A stretch of DNA of 63,659 bases, the filler included, from Octopus bimaculoides (Eukaryota), in the NCBI RefSeq assembly GCF_001194135.2. It is 6 parts of 5 records of this genome, joined end to end, with 100 filler letters (N's around TTAATTAATTAA, not from the genome) between each part and the next. Parts side by side here need not be neighbours in the genome. Positions count along the whole stretch, not along the records: positions 1 to 19,205 come from NC_068999.1; 5 more parts are not named here. One strand, written 5' to 3'. The notes beneath the pieces were generated by a model. The model was given only the letters and a program-made list of their open reading frames with translations. It did not search any database and was not told the origin of the DNA. Shown one piece after another: positions 1-12,280 of this stretch. Each line of letters opens with the position of its first letter. Within the stretch, counting starts at the first letter, position 1. The position numbers and the translations under genes are program-made.

Positions 1-19
1 AAATAAGAATTTCTAACTT

Positions 20-244
20 CCGGTCAGTCATTGTTATGATCGGCCATTATTATGATTGACCGTTGACTGAACACTATTCAATTTTTTTTCTCCGTGTTTT
101 TCTCCTTGTCTCCGTATTCTTTCTGTTGAAGAGCGTAGCTCGAAACGTCAAAGATTTTCCGTATTCCCGAGCGTCATACTAATATATACTTTTGTTATTT
201 ACACCACCTGTCCTCGTCTGTTGTTATTTTTTGTATATTCTCCC
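20..244 (+). mobile_element. Penelope-like element terminal repeat (pLTR-like) fragment
   Basis: Contains CTGTTGAAGAGCGTAGCTCGAAACGTCAAAGA followed by TCCCGAGCGTC; a related copy lies at 22290-22360 and a reverse-complement end at 28100-28160. The CTG..GA..CGAAACG motif is typical of PLE termini. Confidence 0.6.
118..154 (+). ncRNA. Minimal type I hammerhead ribozyme-like fold (variant core)
   Basis: Stem I TCTTT(118-122)/AAAGA(150-154); core CTGTTGA+A; stem II GAGC-GTA-GCTC; GAAA; palindromic ACGT stem III; GTC cleavage triplet ending at 149. A6 is replaced by U. Confidence 0.5.
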
Positions 245-454
245 ATATATATATATATATATATATACGTCCATATATGTACGCATTCAAGTACATGCAT
301 CTACCGTGTTACGGCTACCACATGTGACTACGCTCATCGAAATTGCAAAGTATGACCTTAATTTCGGGATGCGGTGTGTACTTTACAGAAGCTCGTATTG
401 CATAGCTATTCCTTCTTAGCTCAATGGCCATTTGCGTCTTTGTTACGATCAAAG

Positions 455-1414
455 TACTAGGTCTGATCAATATGTATCTCGACTGGTGCTATAAAAGCAA
501 AACAACACGTACACATTTGGCATGTAATCTCTTTCTAAGTAGTCCCTTTCGAAAGCCACACACTTAATTCAGCCCTGTTTCCATTGATGGAAGCATTCCT
601 GGAACATCGGAAATATGGTAGGGATGATTCTAAGAGGATGAGAAAGAAGCAATATTTAGGGGCGGAGATCGGAAATATGCTAGGAATGATTCTAAGAGGA
701 TGAGAAAGAAGCGATAATTGTTTTAGGGCCATGGCCATAGACCCACGATTCATCACGTGTTATGACCATTTTCAAAAAGTTTTCATCGTTCTTGACACAA
801 TGAAGAAGATCTTGTGCAACTGAAACCCGAGAGTCTTATTGGTCAACTAAAAGTAGTTTTGGCACAAATTTGGCAGACACGCGTCTCATACCCAAATCTT
901 CAGTGATAATAGGCTGAATTGAGCCGTAACTAATCTGCACATCCTCTCATAACTCAAGGATAGGGATTCGACGATTTCCCATCACAGCTGCATGCACATC
1001 TGCCATGTTTTTTCTCAGTTCAGCTGATTGCGAGTCTCCCAGAACGTTCATCACCATCGACATTTTTCGGCCATCTTGAAGACATCTAAACCACTCGTAC
1101 ACTTGTGTGCGACCCATACACTCCTCTCCGTACACTTTCTTCAACTTTGTGTAGGCCTGAGCAGGTATCGCCAAGCTTTTGGTAAAACTTGATGCAGATT
1201 CTCTGCTTAACTTTGTCATGGGCAATGCGGCTATCACACGCTACACACATTCCTTGCAAAGACTGCTGTAAACAGCGGGTGTGAGCTAAACCATTGGAAC
1301 TCAGTGCGCGTGCACAGCAGCGCTAAAGGTCAATTTGTACCAAGTAGCGTCACTTTGCGTTCTTTATATTCGTTACTACAGCAATAATTCGGATACTTAT
1401 TGATCAGACCATAT
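455..1414 (-). mobile_element. Internally deleted mariner element with both TIRs
   Basis: Inverted repeats GGTCTGATCAATA(T/A)GTATC at about 455-484 and 1386-1414. Minus strand encodes QRICIKFYQKLG, KKVYGEECMGRTQVYEWF, ENFLKMVITRDESWVYG (first catalytic D) and the C-terminal FQECFHQWK..IKCVAFERDY. The middle of the catalytic domain is missing. Confidence 0.85.
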
Positions 1415-1498
1415 TTTGAAAACTACATTAAGTTATATACATACGTCATATATGTGCAAACATATACGCAACTATGTAAATTGTAAATTGTAAATTGT

Positions 1499-1499
<1 letters not shown>

Positions 1500-1582
<83 letters not shown>
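1500..1582. repeat. (AGAT)n microsatellite
   Basis: Perfect tetranucleotide array; similar arrays at 13125-13185, 17840-17925 and 35437-35485. Confidence 0.95.
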
Positions 1583-1583
<1 letters not shown>

Positions 1584-2060
1584 GAAATATAATGTAAATA
1601 ATGTGAGTATATATACATGTATGGGTGTGTGTGAATTTGTCTATGTATCTTTGTATGTATATATGTATATATGTGTGTTTGTGTGTTTCTATCATTAACA
1701 CGAACAATAATAGCAACATTAGTATATAGCATGCAGTAGATAAACCAAGCTACGTCAAATAAAAAAAACATATAAAGTAGTATGGAAGTGTATTTTAAAA
1801 GTTGAATGCAATGTCATTCATCTTCGTCTATGCGGACTGACTTGAAACTAAAGAGTCTTGACAGTACAATTAGCAAGAACAACATCAATAATGACCGCCC
1901 ACCGTCACTAAGATCTAAACCAATGCAACTCACGTCAACCCAACTGTCAACCCACCAACATTTGAATCCAACTGGCTACAGCAGATACCAACATGTGCTT
2001 GTATATTGTCTGGGACCAAATGAAAGTCAAGAGAAATATGGAGAATTTGAGGGAAATGTG

Positions 2061-2120
2061 TGTAAGCGCATGTGCGTGTAAGCGCATGTGCGTGTAAGCG
2101 CATGTGCGTGTAAGCGTTTG
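2061..2120. repeat. 16-bp minisatellite (GTGTAAGCGCATGTGC), about 3.5 copies
   Basis: Direct tandem copies visible. Confidence 0.9.
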
Positions 2121-2589
2121 TGTGTAAGACGTTGTTACGTGGAAGAAATGTGTGAACAAAACAAACGAATAAAAGCAAAAAAACCCGAGTTGAATGAGAA
2201 AAGAGAAGCGAGAGAAAAAGAAGAAAAAAGCTGGAGAAGAAATAATTATAATACAAATAATAATACAACACTATTAAAAATAAATTACAAGTATTGTGTG
2301 AGAGAAAAGTGATAAAAATAATCACACAGCACTGTTGTATGGTTCTGAAAGATTAGAAGGCGTTTGCTGAATGTTGTGAGGAACTCATAAATGAAGATCA
2401 GCTAAGTGCAACACGTGATACATTTTCAGTCAGTTGTTTTATATGCGAGAACTAAGATGCGCAGCTAATAAAAGAAACCTTGTTTGTCCATGATTAGTAT
2501 ATTTTTTTCTTGCCTTTAACCACTCCAACCGCGGAGTATAGGATATTTATAATTGAATTCCCTGTCGCATAATTTTTCGCTTCTGTACT

Positions 2590-3080
2590 TATACTCTGCC
2601 ATGAATATCCTCCTTTCTCTAGTTCCTTTTGTGTTGATCTACGCCACGAGTTCTTAGGCCTACCCTTCTTTCTATAACCATCCGGATTCCACTGTAAAGC
2701 ACTTTTCGCTACATTTCGTGTGGTTTTTCTAATTGTGCTACCAATTCACTTCCACTTTTTCTTAAATATTTGCTCCCTAATCGAAACTTGAGTTGTTCTT
2801 TGCCATAGCTCCATATTGCTTATGTGTTCGGGTGATCTAATTTTAAGTATACTACGCAAGCGCCTGTTGAATGATTGCATTTGCTTATTTGACTTAACTG
2901 TTGTTCGCCATGTCTCAGCCCCATACAATAACACCGCTTTTACGTTAGTGTTAAAAAATTTTATTTTGTTCTTTATTGAAATTACACTTGCGCACCATAC
3001 TTTTTTTAATATCATCTTAATATCTTCGTCGGTGCCGCCTGAGAGCGTTATCTTACTATCTAAATACGTAAACTCCATGA
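2590..3080 (-). mobile_element. RTE-type LINE ORF2 C-terminal fragment
   Basis: FTYLDSKITLSGGTDEDIK..KIKFFNTNVKAVLLYGAETW..RRLRSILKI..ISNMELWQRT matches the RTE post-RT region; degraded. Confidence 0.85.
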
Positions 3081-3194
3081 ATAGTATAGGAGTAATAAAT
3101 TCAGTAAAGAGAAAAATGGTGCAAAATCCTCAGAAGAAAGTTCTGTCATCGCGTGGCATTGAAGTGTATGGTAGGAAAAAGAAATCTTTTTAGA

Positions 3195-4260
3195 CAGACA
3201 GGAAAGATGATAAAAGGGAAGTAAAAGTGTAGAAAGATGAGAAGAACAAGAAGTGGGCGCGCAATTCCATGGCACCTTGCCTCGTCAAATATCTCGGAAG
3301 TGCTCTCTGAATGCGTCCTCTAATCGGTAGCCGGTTTGCTCAATATAGATTAAATCGTTGAGGGCATATAGGAGAGGATATATCGGGATACTTGAAATGC
3401 ATCGAAAGCAGTTTCTAATGAAAAACTTGCGGTTGTTGGGGAAAGTGAAGTTGGTAGTGTTTGGAAGGGAAGGGCACGCCGGTAAGTGGGTACGGGAGCT
3501 GGGAATAGATGCAGGATTGAACAGACTGTAAGGAAGGAGGCTGCAAATGTTGCAGGTACGATTAAAGAAGGCTTGAAGGAGAGGGAGAGAAAACTGGATG
3601 TGATACTTCAAGATTGTAGGCGGCGGAAGAGGTGGATAATGGGTCTCGTGGACGGGTCTTAGGTAGGTAGGTAGGTAGGTAGGTAGGTAGGTAGGTAGGT
3701 AGGTAGATAGGTAGGTAGGTAGGTAGGTAAGTGGGTGGGTAGGTAGGTACATACGTACGTACGTCGTTAAGGAGATCGAGATGCAGTGGATGGAATTCCA
3801 GACTCGAGATGTAAGGAATGTGGTGCAGAGAATGGCAAAGCCACGCGAAAGGGTAGCTTTGGTAAGAGTCGGTCTGTGACCAGGTCGAATTAAGAGACGG
3901 GTGATATATTGGATCTGCGTCTTGAATATTGCTGAAAAGCCGCGGAGACGAACGAACTAGAAATAGACGGACCATTTGGTGTGGATGGTGTGCAAGGACC
4001 ATGGAGGAAAGGGAGTCGTTGAATCAGTAGAAGACGGAACAGAGGTGGAGACGTTGAAAGTAGTCTGATCAATGGCGAAGAATGGAGCGTAATATCTGAC
4101 AAGGAGGACGTAAACTACGGCGTGAGATCAAAAGAGTTGGTGAAGAAGATGAAAGTGTTAGTTAGCTCCCCGTGGTAGAGAGACAGACGTTGATATAACG
4201 GTCGTATAGCTCTAGAGTTGGACTCGTAAACTGAAAGGAGATTTGTGACTCAACGGAGCC
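3195..4260 (-). mobile_element. Penelope-like element RT C-terminus plus GIY-YIG endonuclease, degraded, interrupted by (TAGG)n at 3661-3763
   Basis: IYIEQTGYRLEDAFREHFRDI (GIY-YIG second motif), preceded by PLE-like thumb/linker segments across frameshifts. Confidence 0.8.
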
Positions 4261-4435
4261 AACATATAAGCCGAAGTAGTTGGATATCATTCACATTTTC
4301 ATGGCCATAATAAAATATGTATGGATATTAGGATAAATAGGGAGTGAGAAAGAAAGACAAACAGACAAACAGACAAATAGACAAACAGACAGAGACAGAA
4401 ACCTATACAGGTAAATAATTTTATATACATATAAA

Positions 4436-4481
<46 letters not shown>

Positions 4482-5022
4482 ACTAACCTTAAACAAACAC
4501 ACGTTTGTCTAAACAAATACGTGTGTGTGTGTACGCGCGTACGTCCATCAGTAACAGGGAAGAGGAGTGTACCTTCTCCAACTTTTATTTGCCAAATATC
4601 CACCAGTACCCCATGGAAATTAATAATTTTGTCACTTTAATTCTGTTTGTGATAGGCAAAGGTGATGGATATTCAGTCTGAAGACAGTGAGGGTTGTGAG
4701 AAGTATTCTGAATTATGCTACATTTAATTTTTTTTTTTTCGTCAATTCGTAAAGTGTCCCTTCTTTATTGGTTTCTATTTATTTTGATTTAAATTTAAGT
4801 CCTAGCTGCTAAATATTTAATATATTCTCTAATTTGCCCTGTATGGAATAGCATAGCAATCATAGCATACATCATAAATAGTTACTACTCTGAAATTACA
4901 TTTTAATCTATCTTCTGTGGTCTATTTTCGCAAAAAAATAACAAGAGATTTAAGTTGTCCTATATACGAGAACTAAATTGTGAACTATGCTACTATTTAT
5001 AATTCTCGATATGTATATGAAC

Positions 5023-5107
<85 letters not shown>

Positions 5108-6380
5108 CATGTCTATGTACTTACATATAAGAGACCAAAGTGTACGTACGCCGCTATATCTATCTAAAAAGGAATGCCAAAACTGAGACAAGAACGCAAA
5201 ACATCCAGACAGATGATACAAAAAAACAAGGACGAGTCATTTGGAGTTTTCTTTCTTCAGTGGAGTTCAAGATTATCTTTGCAATTTCGGTTGGTTTAAA
5301 TATATTTTCTCACATTGACATAACATAGAAGGGTAGAAATATTTTTCTTGTCTTAAGTTTACCTGTATGTTTCATGATTTACTGGTTACTTGTGTGTTTG
5401 TTGTGACGTATCTTAACTATATATTTATGTGTTATATCATAACTATATAATCTCGAAACATGAAATTACATTCTAACAACACTGTATCATTACATTCATA
5501 TACACTTCACAATATCATTGGATCTTTGCCTCTAACGTACATGTTAATTCTGGCGTTACATTTGCTATTCATGTTATTTCTGATATATGTATAACAACAG
5601 CTGCTGTTGCAAATTGCGATGTTGCAGTGACGGAACAATATGTACCAGTCATACAGTACAATGCGGAGTAATTCTGCTGAAATTGTAAATTCTTGTACAC
5701 TGTTGTTCTAAGGCAGTATAAAAGCATTTGCGTGCATTTCGTAAACACGAGAAAGCAATTGTGTATTTATGCCTGAAAGAGAAAAGTTTAACATCCAAGC
5801 AGAAAATTTACTCGGAGAGAAATAGAATATTCATTAGAAGTACTGAATCAATAGATTTGAACGTGTATCTAATCCGTTCATCTGTTCTTCTTATATAACA
5901 TTATTTGGAACAAAACCGTTATAAATATTCCATTCTTAAAGTTCTCATCAAGAACATAATTTAAATTTCTGTCGAAACAATTTGATTTCCAAAGCAACAT
6001 GTTATTATAAACAATAGAGTGACACATGATATATATTGGAATATGTAGTTTTGCTAACCTTTAGCCTTTAAGTTAAAATATGCCCAGCATAGTTAATTGT
6101 AGTTCGCATCATATAGCGGCTGATCGAATAGGCAGCAGTATTATGCAAGTGTCAATTCCATCGTCTCTGAATACTTATCTGCAAAATTTCCATTATCGAT
6201 AAATTGCATTTTGTTAATATCAAATATGTTTGCTAAGAAATATGTAGTTTAAAATCTATAACGATAATGAACTAACGATGGTATTTTACAGTAACAACGA
6301 GTCAAGAAAAGAGTTGCAGAGGAGTTTCTTTGGCTCAATTGCTGTGAACAGGATGGCAGGCAGCGCTACAGAATCATATT

Positions 6381-6499
6381 CTCTCTAACTCGCACTCCCC
6401 ACCTGCTCAGCTCTGCCTCTCTCTCTCTAACTCGCGCTCCCCACCTGCTCAGCCCTGCCTCTCTCTCTCTAACTCGCGCTCCCCACCTGCTCAGCTCTG

Positions 6500-6558
<59 letters not shown>
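6381..6558. repeat. About 42-bp minisatellite x3 merging into (CT)n
   Basis: Unit CTCTCTAACTCGC(A/G)CTCCCCACCTGCTCAGC(T/C)CTGCCT repeated three times, then pure CT. Confidence 0.9.
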
Positions 6559-6561
<3 letters not shown>

Positions 6562-6948
6562 CCAGTCTGACAAAAATCAAGGATTCTACTCTCCTCCTGG
6601 CAAATAACTTTCATAGAACTCTTGTAGAGCGCTCCTCTAAATATATTAATCAGTGACACGCCATCGCTTCAGAGAGTGGCTCACTAAACATGAGGGAAAC
6701 ATCACGAACCATCAAATATAGTGTTACGAAGGAGAAATGCCATTGTTGGTCACATGACCAATTTGAATCTTGCTTCACGTTTTCCTTTGTTTTGTGTGTT
6801 TTTGCTGTGAGGTGGGCGACTAGAACTGGTAAAGGAACGTGCAATATCAGTTGGTAATGTAAAGAACGCGAAGTGTAGATCTAGTAACGTAAGGAATAGG
6901 AAACTAGAACAAAGTACATAATCGATTACTTCGTAATTTTGTTTGCAG

Positions 6949-7050
6949 AACTTTATCCCTCTTTCTGTAATGCAGTTGCTGATAGTCGGCCTTTCCACGG
7001 TCTACAATTTTTAAGACGATGAAAATAAAAACGAAGGCAATAAATCACAA
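6949..7050 (+). other. Candidate exon (possible ATG at 7019)
   Basis: Acceptor TTTTGTTTGCAG at 6948 and donor GTGAGT at 7051; an upstream donor GTAAGG at 6889 would give a 60-nt intron. acgATG opens MKIKTKAINH. No recognisable homology. Confidence 0.2.
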
Positions 7051-8074
7051 GTGAGTTTCAAGATAGCGCAGCAATACAGGCCATACTAAGTGAGGCATGG
7101 TTATCATGAGAATGAAACCACGGTGTCAGCGATAAATGAAGTAACAGTGAAAGTTACTGAATTACATAATTAAGTCATAATTTACATAAATGATGATATA
7201 GATGGAAAGAAGTATTAAAAGGGAGATAATTTAGCCAAGGGCTAATTATGAAACCATAAGTAAAATTAGGATAAGCATGTACGTAGAACCATTAATCTAA
7301 ACTTGTGTTTATATTTTCCACTACCTATGCTTCGTATATATCTTAACTGTTACCAATGTTAAGTACTGTTGTAGACTAACAGCTTCCCTGGACGCTGACT
7401 GAATAATGATAATTTATGTGGAGTTCTATTTCATACTTGTAGTCATACATCTACCTTTATACAGAAGATAATAGTAAAATTATAATGGAAATGTAGCCGA
7501 CGAAAAATCATGAATAAAGATGAAACAGCGAAATTAGGTCATAATAATTATGCAAGAAAAAATAAGGTAATTGGAAAGAATAGATTCTCAGACACATTAT
7601 TAAGTTTTGCTCGGTATTATTAACTTTAAATGTCTTTAAGACTTTTGCTGTTATGTTCTTGTGTTCTAAGTATTCCACTGGCTTGTAATTAGAATGTATC
7701 CGCAACTGAATTAAAACCATTTCTTGTTAACACGCGGTTTTAGTATAGGGTGCATTGTTCAATATATCCTGATCTAATGATATATTTGAAATGCGACTTC
7801 TTATATTGTGTGTGATGTGCTTAGTGGTTTTAAGGGAGAGATTGGAAAGCTTCCAAACACTCGCCTACAATCATTAAAAAACTCCGCAGATAATATTAGT
7901 ATGCACATTTCCATCTGACATCAGACAAGGAAATATTCAATGAAGCCAAGTCAAAATAATTACCCATAAATAATAAATAAATCGGAAAGCTTATATCCAT
8001 GTATCTTCAGCCAGAATTAATTGTCATAACCTAATACTGACTTATTTCTGTTCATTAACTTATGTGCATACGTG

Positions 8075-8118
<44 letters not shown>

Positions 8119-8485
8119 NNNNNNNNNNNNNNNNNNNNNNNNNNNNNNNNNNNNNNNNNNNNNNNNNNNNNNNNNNNNNNNNNNNNNNNNNNNNNNNNNN
8201 NNNNNNNNNNNNNNNNNNNNNNNNNNNNNNNNNNNNNNNNNNNNNNNNNNNNNNNNNNNNNNNNNNNNNNNNNNNNNNNNNNNNNNNNNNNNNNNNNNNN
8301 NNNNNNNNNNNNNNNNNNNNNNNNNNNNNNNNNNNNNNNNNNNNNNNNNNNNNNNNNNNNNNNNNNNNNNNNNNNNNNNNNNNNNNNNNNNNNNNNNNNN
8401 NNNNNNNNNNNNNNNNNNNNNNNNNNNNNNNNNNNNNNNNNNNNNNNNNNNNNNNNNNNNNNNNNNNNNNNNTATATATACATGC

Positions 8486-8548
<63 letters not shown>

Positions 8549-8589
8549 TAGACAAAGGAAATACAATGGTACACAACACATTTGGTAGG

Positions 8590-10565
8590 AGTTACTTGTC
8601 TTATTTAATGACAGTTCGACTCAGCCCCACACAACTTAGAATTCCGTAGGCTCGTAGAACAAGCCTCGGTCGTCAGGTACCTGGAAATCGAGTAGATATA
8701 TGAGATGAATTCAAGGTCGCTTCTGGGTGTTAAGCCACCATTGTTCAACTCAGGTAACATAGTGTTACTGGTTTGGAAGCGACAATACTTCAAATCCTTG
8801 TTCATAGGTCAACGTGTTCGGCTCGGATTGGTATGTGTGTGTGCAGATTTGTATGTTTTGTTTTTTATGTGTATTTCCATGCATATAGTTACATATCTAG
8901 ACATGCTCATATGTAATTAAATGATAAACATCTGGAAAGTTTTACGGGTTTTTACAGTTTCAATAAGGGATTCGATCTATTGTCATTGAATTAGCTTTCT
9001 CCTTTCTGGTTCTGAGATGCCTAATTCCTCAAGATTGGTATTTATGCAGTGTATTAGATATCCCAGAATCACAATGGTTACAGTTATAAACTTGAACTTG
9101 TAACTCGGATAGAATAACTGCAGGTTTCTGAATTGTTCAGCATAAGTATTCTCCTTTTCACTGATTTTCCGCTTTATATTAACATTAGCTGGGCAGCTAA
9201 TTTCCACAACTGCACACAGTTTCTCTTCTTTATCCCAAATCATTATATCAGGTCTGTTGTGCTTATATTTTATTGAGGTTTTCACTTGGACGTTCCACCA
9301 ATACTCCTTTTTAATATGAGTGGCTATGGCTTCCACAATTCTGTGGGTTCTTATTTCTTTGAACCCACGGATTTCATTATAGAGTGTCCTAGCTACGGCA
9401 TCATGTCTCATCGGTAGATAATACCGTGATGGCATTTTGGTACAACTTCTTATGATGTGGGTGATATCTTAGGTGTAAATTCCACAGAGTCTGCATCGGT
9501 TGTCACATTTTACTGCTTTTCCTGTTCCTGCATCTCTATCACATGTGTGCATCAGGTATTTGGGTGCTTCCTGTTCCTGGATTGCAAAAACATATCCTTC
9601 AAATTGAGAGATAGTAATCCAGCTATTGGTCCATGATAAACTGCTTTGATGATCAATGTTACTATCATCTAGGAGCTTTCTACTAACATATTCATGCATT
9701 GTCTTCTGCTCTTACAGGCTCGTCCTTTCATCTAATGATACGTTACAGTAGTGTCGTGCGACTTCTTTGGGTATGTGTTCAAGGTTATCAGTCAAATAAT
9801 ATTGCTCAAGGAGCTGCCTTCCAAGTATTATGATGTTATCAACTTCATGTATGCAAGCTTGGTCAAAGGATGCACTTCGACACTTGGTGGTTAAACGATG
9901 TTGCTGAAGAGATATCATACGACGTTCCAAGGCATTTTGGTACCGTTTATGTGAAAATTATGTGTGCTTGTTAGTATTTTTCATGTTTTCACATCAATGG
10001 CTCGGATCTCATCAAGTGTGCATTCAAGTAGCCCAAATGTTGGTACGAGTACTGGCATTGCAAACACTATGAGCCACTGTTTTATTGAATGCAGAGAGTT
10101 CTGAAGTCCAACTTTTCTTTATTCGGTAATAATATTCTTTAGTGACATATATTTAGTTACAGGTGCCATTGTAAGATATATTTTCAGCCACCCCTAGATA
10201 CCTGTAATATTCCTTGTCAGATATAAGGGAAACAGTCGAGTCATTGATGGAGATGTTGCTAATCTGTTTTACAGTTTTCCCCCTTTTCACAACCAAATAA
10301 CAACATTTATCCTGGCCAAATTCCAACCATACATCCTTTGAGAATCTTGATCTTGGTCAAATAACTTTTACATTTCATGCATATTCCTTACAAGGTCATT
10401 CGCAAAGAAACTGTGTAATTTTGTTATTTCTCTTACCTTGTGAGTCAGTGAGATATCCTTCAAACTTCCTTAAGATGAATGACAAGGGATTTACTGAAAG
10501 TATAAACATCACGTAGAGACTGTCCCTTTGGAAAGTGTCTTTATGATACTGTATTCTATCAGTGA
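8590..10565 (-). mobile_element. 5'-truncated R4/Dong-like non-LTR retrotransposon (RT end, CCHC knuckle, restriction-like endonuclease, 3' UTR)
   Basis: QYHKDTFQRDSL (QGDSL-like RT motif), CRLCG..DITHIIRSC knuckle, RHDAVAR, HNRPDIMIWDKEEKLCAVVEISCP, EKENTY. The 3' UTR resembles 23930-24150. Multiple stops and frameshifts. Confidence 0.88.
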
Positions 10566-10634
10566 TAGTGTATGTATGTATGTAATGTATGTATGTATGT
10601 ATGTGTGTATGTATGTATGTATACATATGTATAC

Positions 10635-10665
<31 letters not shown>

Positions 10666-11122
10666 TGTATGTATGTACATTGGTGTTAGTTGCGGAAGTG
10701 TTTATATTATAAATTCTGGAGGTTTCTATGAAAGACTTTTGATAAATGGATGCTTCCGTGTCTTAATTATTAAAACGGACAAATTGTATAGTCGGGTCTA
10801 CGCATGCTAGTATATCATTTAATTCTAGCGTTAACACTAGTTCATTGTGCTTTGTTAATTGCCTTTTTCTTTTCTTTTTTTTTTTTGTATTTATGGAATC
10901 AAAATTGCTTTCGCAACTGTAAGCAGTTAGCAGAATGGAATGAAAAATTTGGTTGGTTGTTTTCTATTGATCTCCATTAATTGATATTTTTTCATTATAC
11001 AGTTATTTATGTGCTCATTTACCGTTGAAGACAGTATACGCACGATTAGTGTTTCTTCTGTGTGCAACACTGTGGTTAAGAATTTCTCATTGGTGTTAAT
11101 TATGTCGCATGCATATTTTAAT

Positions 11123-11347
11123 AGTGGAAGTTTGCGGCTTAGTGGTTAGCATGTTAGACTCATGAGCGTAAGATTGAGGTTTCGATTCTTGGACCAGTGA
11201 AGCGTTGTTCCTTGAGCAAAACTCTTCATTTCTCGTTACTCCAGCCAACTCAGCTGGCAAAAATGTGTAACCCCTGCGACGGACCGGCGTCCCGTCCAGG
11301 TGGGGAACATATACGCCATGGAAACCGGAAAACCAGTCTTTATGAGT
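11123..11347 (+). mobile_element. tRNA-derived SINE, family C (CORE-like and V-like segments)
   Basis: tRNA-like head GGCTTAGTGGTTAG..GGTTTCGATTC, then CCTTGAGCAAAAC and CCTGCGACGGACCGGCGTCCCGTCCAGG. Related pieces at 22670-22830 (-), 26290-26395 and 60170-60352 (-). Confidence 0.7.
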
Positions 11348-11399
11348 GTATATGATTTGGGAAGAATTTTTATCCTTTTCCACTCCATTCATTTAATTA

Positions 11400-11720
11400 T
11401 GAAGAATGCTTGGTTATAGTGTTTAATAGATCTTTTGGTGTGTATTTCTGGGCAGCTCGTATAGATATTTTCCATCGTCTCTGTATTCATTGATATATTA
11501 CTGCAATATTTCTTGGGAAATGATATTTTTTAAAGCATTATGAAATTGTCGGCATGTTTATAGGATTTCGGATTTTTCTCCGAAGAATGGTTACATCCGT
11601 TTCGACGCTGTTGGTGTTCCTAATTTGTAGAGTTTTGGCGATAAGTCTCTTGTGCATACTTTTCTCAATTAGACGCCTTGTGTACATGCTTATCATTGGT
11701 AAGATTCATTAGCAGATGCA
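11400..11720 (-). mobile_element. Highly degraded Penelope-like endonuclease-region fragment
   Basis: HSSEKNPKSYKHA resembles the H.SSFRN...HAT segment of PLE GIY-YIG domains. Confidence 0.35.
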
Positions 11721-11989
11721 AAGAATAATCACTAAAAATCCGTTGTTCCTACAATATAAAACGATCGCCATACAAAACAAAAATCAGAAAATGTGAGAGA
11801 AACCATAGGAATTTAATTTAAAATGTACAACCGACTCCAATCTGAAAATAGTGAATTTTTAATTGTTCCTTTAAATCTGAATATAAGGATCAACATAAAT
11901 ACCAAATGAAGGAACACTAAGAAATCATAAGATTTCCAACACTCGGCTACATACCTAATGAATATTGCAGAAACACAATTCAATCTATT

Positions 11990-12280
11990 ATCGGATTAGG
12001 AAACATTCAATAAAAATAACCTGAGCTTAAACAACAGTAACAAGCGGTGTTTCGAACAAGCTAAAGTTTATACAATTGTCACTAAGAAGCACTGTATAAT
12101 GCAATAACAAATTACTAACTTAATAACGTGTCCACCATATAATATAAACGCGTCCACGGACATTGAAAGGAGATTCCTGAACTTACTATGTTCATAGTTT
12201 CTGAGTTTCATATCATAAAATGTTTAATATTACTTTTGTTAAAGTCAGCAACAGAAGTTAAGGGAATGCATTGCAAATGT
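11990..12280 (+). mobile_element. Degraded Penelope-like RT-endonuclease linker fragment
   Basis: PPYNINASTDIERRFLNL..HKMFN..VKVS resembles NPPYS.NV.TNIGK.FL.LI....HKIFN..TVKVS. Confidence 0.5.

Noticed and set aside
8600-8830. GC-richer island with splice-like sites and short ORFs
   Set aside because: Continuous with, and partly similar to, the 3' UTR of the R4-like family, so treated as part of that element.
11123-11210. tRNA genes at SINE heads (also 19370-19430 and 29590-29675)
   Set aside because: A/B boxes are present, but there is no complete cloverleaf and each continues into a SINE body or degenerate sequence.
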